Source: Heterodontus francisci (lineage: Eukaryota). Taken from it: a stretch of 64,000 nucleotides of DNA. Each line of letters opens with the position of its first letter. The first letter of the stretch is position 1. The notes beneath the pieces were generated by a model that was not told the DNA's origin, made no database searches, and saw nothing but the letters and a program-made list of their open reading frames with translations. The stretch covers positions 31,739,282 through 31,803,281 of the forward strand of contig NC_090375.1 of assembly GCF_036365525.1 (NCBI RefSeq), in the 5' to 3' direction. The position numbers were made by a program, and so were the translations under genes. Positions 60,980-64,000 of the stretch are shown here, one piece after another.

Positions 60980-61372
60980 GCATTGTGGTAATGGCACTGC
61001 ACTGGTAATCCAGAGACCCAGACTAATGCCCTCGGGACACAGGTTCCAATCCCACCATGGCAGCTTGTGGAATTTAAATTCAATTAATTAATTTTTAAAA
61101 ATCTCAAATTGAAAGCTAGTCTCAGTAATGGTGCCATGAAATTATCATCAATTGTCGTCAAAACCCATCCAGTTCTCTAATGTCCTTTATGGAAGAAAAT
61201 CTGCCATCCTTACCTGGTCTGAGCTACATGTGACTCTAGACCCACAGCAATGTGGTTGACTCTTAACAGCCCTCTGAAATGGTCTAGCAAGCAAGTTGTC
61301 AAGTTCAATTAGGGATAGCCACAAATGCTGGCATCCCAGCAATGCCCACGTTCCATGAAAGAATAAAAAAAA
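60980..61372 (+). mobile_element. tRNA-derived SINE with family-B tail
   Basis: A-box-like TGTGGTAATGG, B-box GGTTCCAATCC, core and tail as in 19130-19495. Confidence 0.8.
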
Positions 61373-61717
61373 CTCTGGTGACTCAAGGCCACTGAGACAC
61401 CAGGAAGCTGATTTAGTTCGCCAAGTGGTAAATCCAGAATTTTAACTTATTTCAGAATGCTTCCCATAACAAGCAAAACAACAACAATGTTACAATATTC
61501 ACTTAGACAGAAGGTACCTTCAAGTGCCCATCCAATTCAACCTCTGGCTCCTCCCCTGACCACGGGTTGACTGGTAGTGCTGCCAATAAAACTGGCTAAC
61601 AATTCATAAAGAGTGGATTTGTGAAAAACCAACCCCCTCATACCTTCCCATTACTTTTTCTAGTCAACTTCTTCTCTGAATCTGACTGGATCTATCATAA
61701 AGATATGTGTTTTTTAA

Positions 61718-62380
61718 ATTAATTCCTGGGATGTGGGCATCTCTGGCTAGGCCAGCATTTAGTGCCCATCCCTAATTGCCCTTGAGAAGGTGGTGGTGAG
61801 CTGCCTTCTTGAGCCGTTGCAGTCCTTAGGGTGTAGGTACACACACAGTGCTGTTAGGGAGGGAGTTCCAGGATTTTGACCCAGCAACAGTGAAGGAACT
61901 GTGATATAGTTCCAAGTCAGGATAGTGTGTGACTTGGAGGGGAACTTGCAGGTGGTGGTGTTCCCATGTATCAGTTGCCCTTGTCCTCCTAGGTGGTAGA
62001 GGTCGCAGGTTTGGAAGGTGCTGTCAAAGGAGCCTTGGTGAGTTATTGCAGTGCATGTTGTAGATGGTACACATTGCTGCAACTCTGCATTGGTGGTGAA
62101 GGGAGTGAATGTTTGTAGATGGGGTGCCAATCAAGCGGGCTGCTTTGTCCTGGATGGTGTCGAGCTTCTTGAGTGTTGTTGGAGCTACACCCATCCAGGC
62201 AAGTGGAGAGTATTCTATCACACTCCTGATTTGTGCCTTGTAGATGGTGAACAGGCTTTGGGGAGTCAGGAGGTGAGTTACTCATCGCAGGATTCCTAGC
62301 CTCTGACCTGCTCTTGTAGCCACGATAATTATATGGCTACTCCAGTTCAATTTTTGGTCAATGGTAACCCGCAGGATGTT
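61718..62380 (-). mobile_element. Family-B LINE 3' fragment
   Basis: NILRVTIDQKLNWSSHI, EYSPLAWMG; colinear with 21555-22110. Confidence 0.85.
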
Positions 62381-62779
62381 GTTCCATCTCTGTTTCCCTA
62401 TTCCACAAATATGTGTTATTCTCTTTTGCTCTCTTCCTAGACAGAAAGTTGGCAATTTGACCTCTGACTCCTCCTCTGACCAGGGGTTGACTGGTAGTGC
62501 TGCCAATAAAACTGGCTTAGAGTTCACAAGGAATGGATTTGTGAAAAAACAACCTCCTCATACCCTCCCATCCCTCGAAAAACATTTTCTCAATGGCTCC
62601 AGTTATCTTCTTTGTTAAGATATCAGAAAGCATGCTGGACATTTGAGAATAACCCCTAAAATTCAGAATCTTTATCAAGATTTGATTATAGCTTAACCCA
62701 ATCCCTCCGAGGTCAAGTAGTCAGATATCGCAAAACATTACCATGATTCAATATAAAAGCAAAAATACTGCACAAAGGA

Positions 62780-63430
62780 GGCCATTCAGCCCACGGTGCC
62801 TGTATTAGCTCCGTTGGAACAATCCAAAAGTAAACAAATTAACCTGCCCTTTCCCCATAGCCCTGCATCTTCCTCTGCTTCTAATATTTATTCACTTTTC
62901 CCTTAAAAGATTCAATGGCCTCTGCCTTGACTGCTATCTGTGGCAAAACACTCCATACTCCAACATACCTTTGATAATCCCTCAACACTGAATTCCTAAA
63001 CAGAGGGATTAAGGTTTTCTCTATTCAACCTATCAAAATTTTGCATAATTTTAAAAACCTTGATCAAATCTCCTCTTAACCTTCTATTTCCCAGTGGAAA
63101 TTGTACCAGAATCTCAAGTCTTTCTCACAACTATAGTTTTTTAATCTCTGCTAACAACCTAATGAGTCTACACTATGTACTCTCTAAGGCATTAATGTTC
63201 TTTCTATAATGGGGTACTTAAAACTGCCTACAATACTCTAGCAGTGGCTAATCATTGATTTGTACAATTTGATCAATGCATCTTTACTCTTGTACTTTAT
63301 GTTCTGACATATAAAACCCGAAATGCTATTGATGATTTTTTTTTTTATATAGCTTTGAATTTACCTCCAATCGCACCTTCAGGAAATTATGCATTTGAGT
63401 CCCCATCTTTCTCTGTTCATCCACAGTTCT
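62780..63430 (-). mobile_element. Highly decayed CR1 3' fragment
   Basis: GGAGGCCATTCAGCCC tail; ATCAAATCTCCTCTTAACCTTCT (RLRGDLI on the minus strand). Confidence 0.6.
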
Positions 63431-64000
63431 CAATACCGTCTCATTGAGTGCATACTTCAAATAGGTCGAAAGTGTGCCACGCATATTAGTAACACATTAA
63501 TAAGAAATGCTTTTGCCCACTATCTTTTAAATATATGAGCTTATTTTTAACATGCTAAAATCCAGAAGAACCTGCTACTGGTAACACACAGCACAAATTG
63601 AACCCAAAAACATGCACAAACTAGTTTATAAGCCAGCAAACCACACTGCTGCCAGACAGCTGCGCAGTAGTACTACAGTGACTGCCTTGTGGTAGTTATC
63701 CTGCAAGCCAAATGCCACAATAAGGAATAAAATCTACTGTCCTATACCAGACTGCCAAATCAGCCTCAGGTCCTGCCGGCAAAATTGGTAAGAAAACAAA
63801 TATGCAGTTAAAATTAATTAGTATATATCAATCATAGCTAAAAGCTATATTTCAATTTCGATATTTAGATAATATTTTCAGGCCACTTTGCGCTGCGTGT
63901 GTGTTCATAATTAATGACATTGATTGAACTCCTAAATTAGATTACACCCTCATAATCATTCATTACATTTTTCTATCATGGAAACTTAAATAATAATCTT

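Overview
Non-coding, transposon-dense vertebrate DNA, most likely from a cartilaginous fish (shark). The evidence is HE1-type V-SINEs sharing a 3' tail with CR1 LINEs, SacSINE1-like DeuSINEs, and a CR1 with an esterase ORF1. No host protein-coding gene can be recognised, only a few weak exon candidates. The window holds a near full-length but disrupted CR1 (4044-8094) and many CR1, CR1-group and L2 fragments. It also holds a 5'-truncated RTE LINE with an uninterrupted reading frame (55222-57370). There are three PIF/Harbinger elements, one keeping both transposase and Myb/SANT genes and two keeping essentially only the Myb gene, plus Harbinger-like and hAT MITEs, two short solo LTRs and three minisatellites. 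Several insertions are nested. The most notable signal is a family of palindromic, Penelope-like short elements carrying minimal hammerhead-ribozyme cores with compensatory stem-II changes. Nothing resembles a prokaryotic system such as CRISPR or an operon. Family names come from motif recognition by eye, not database searches.
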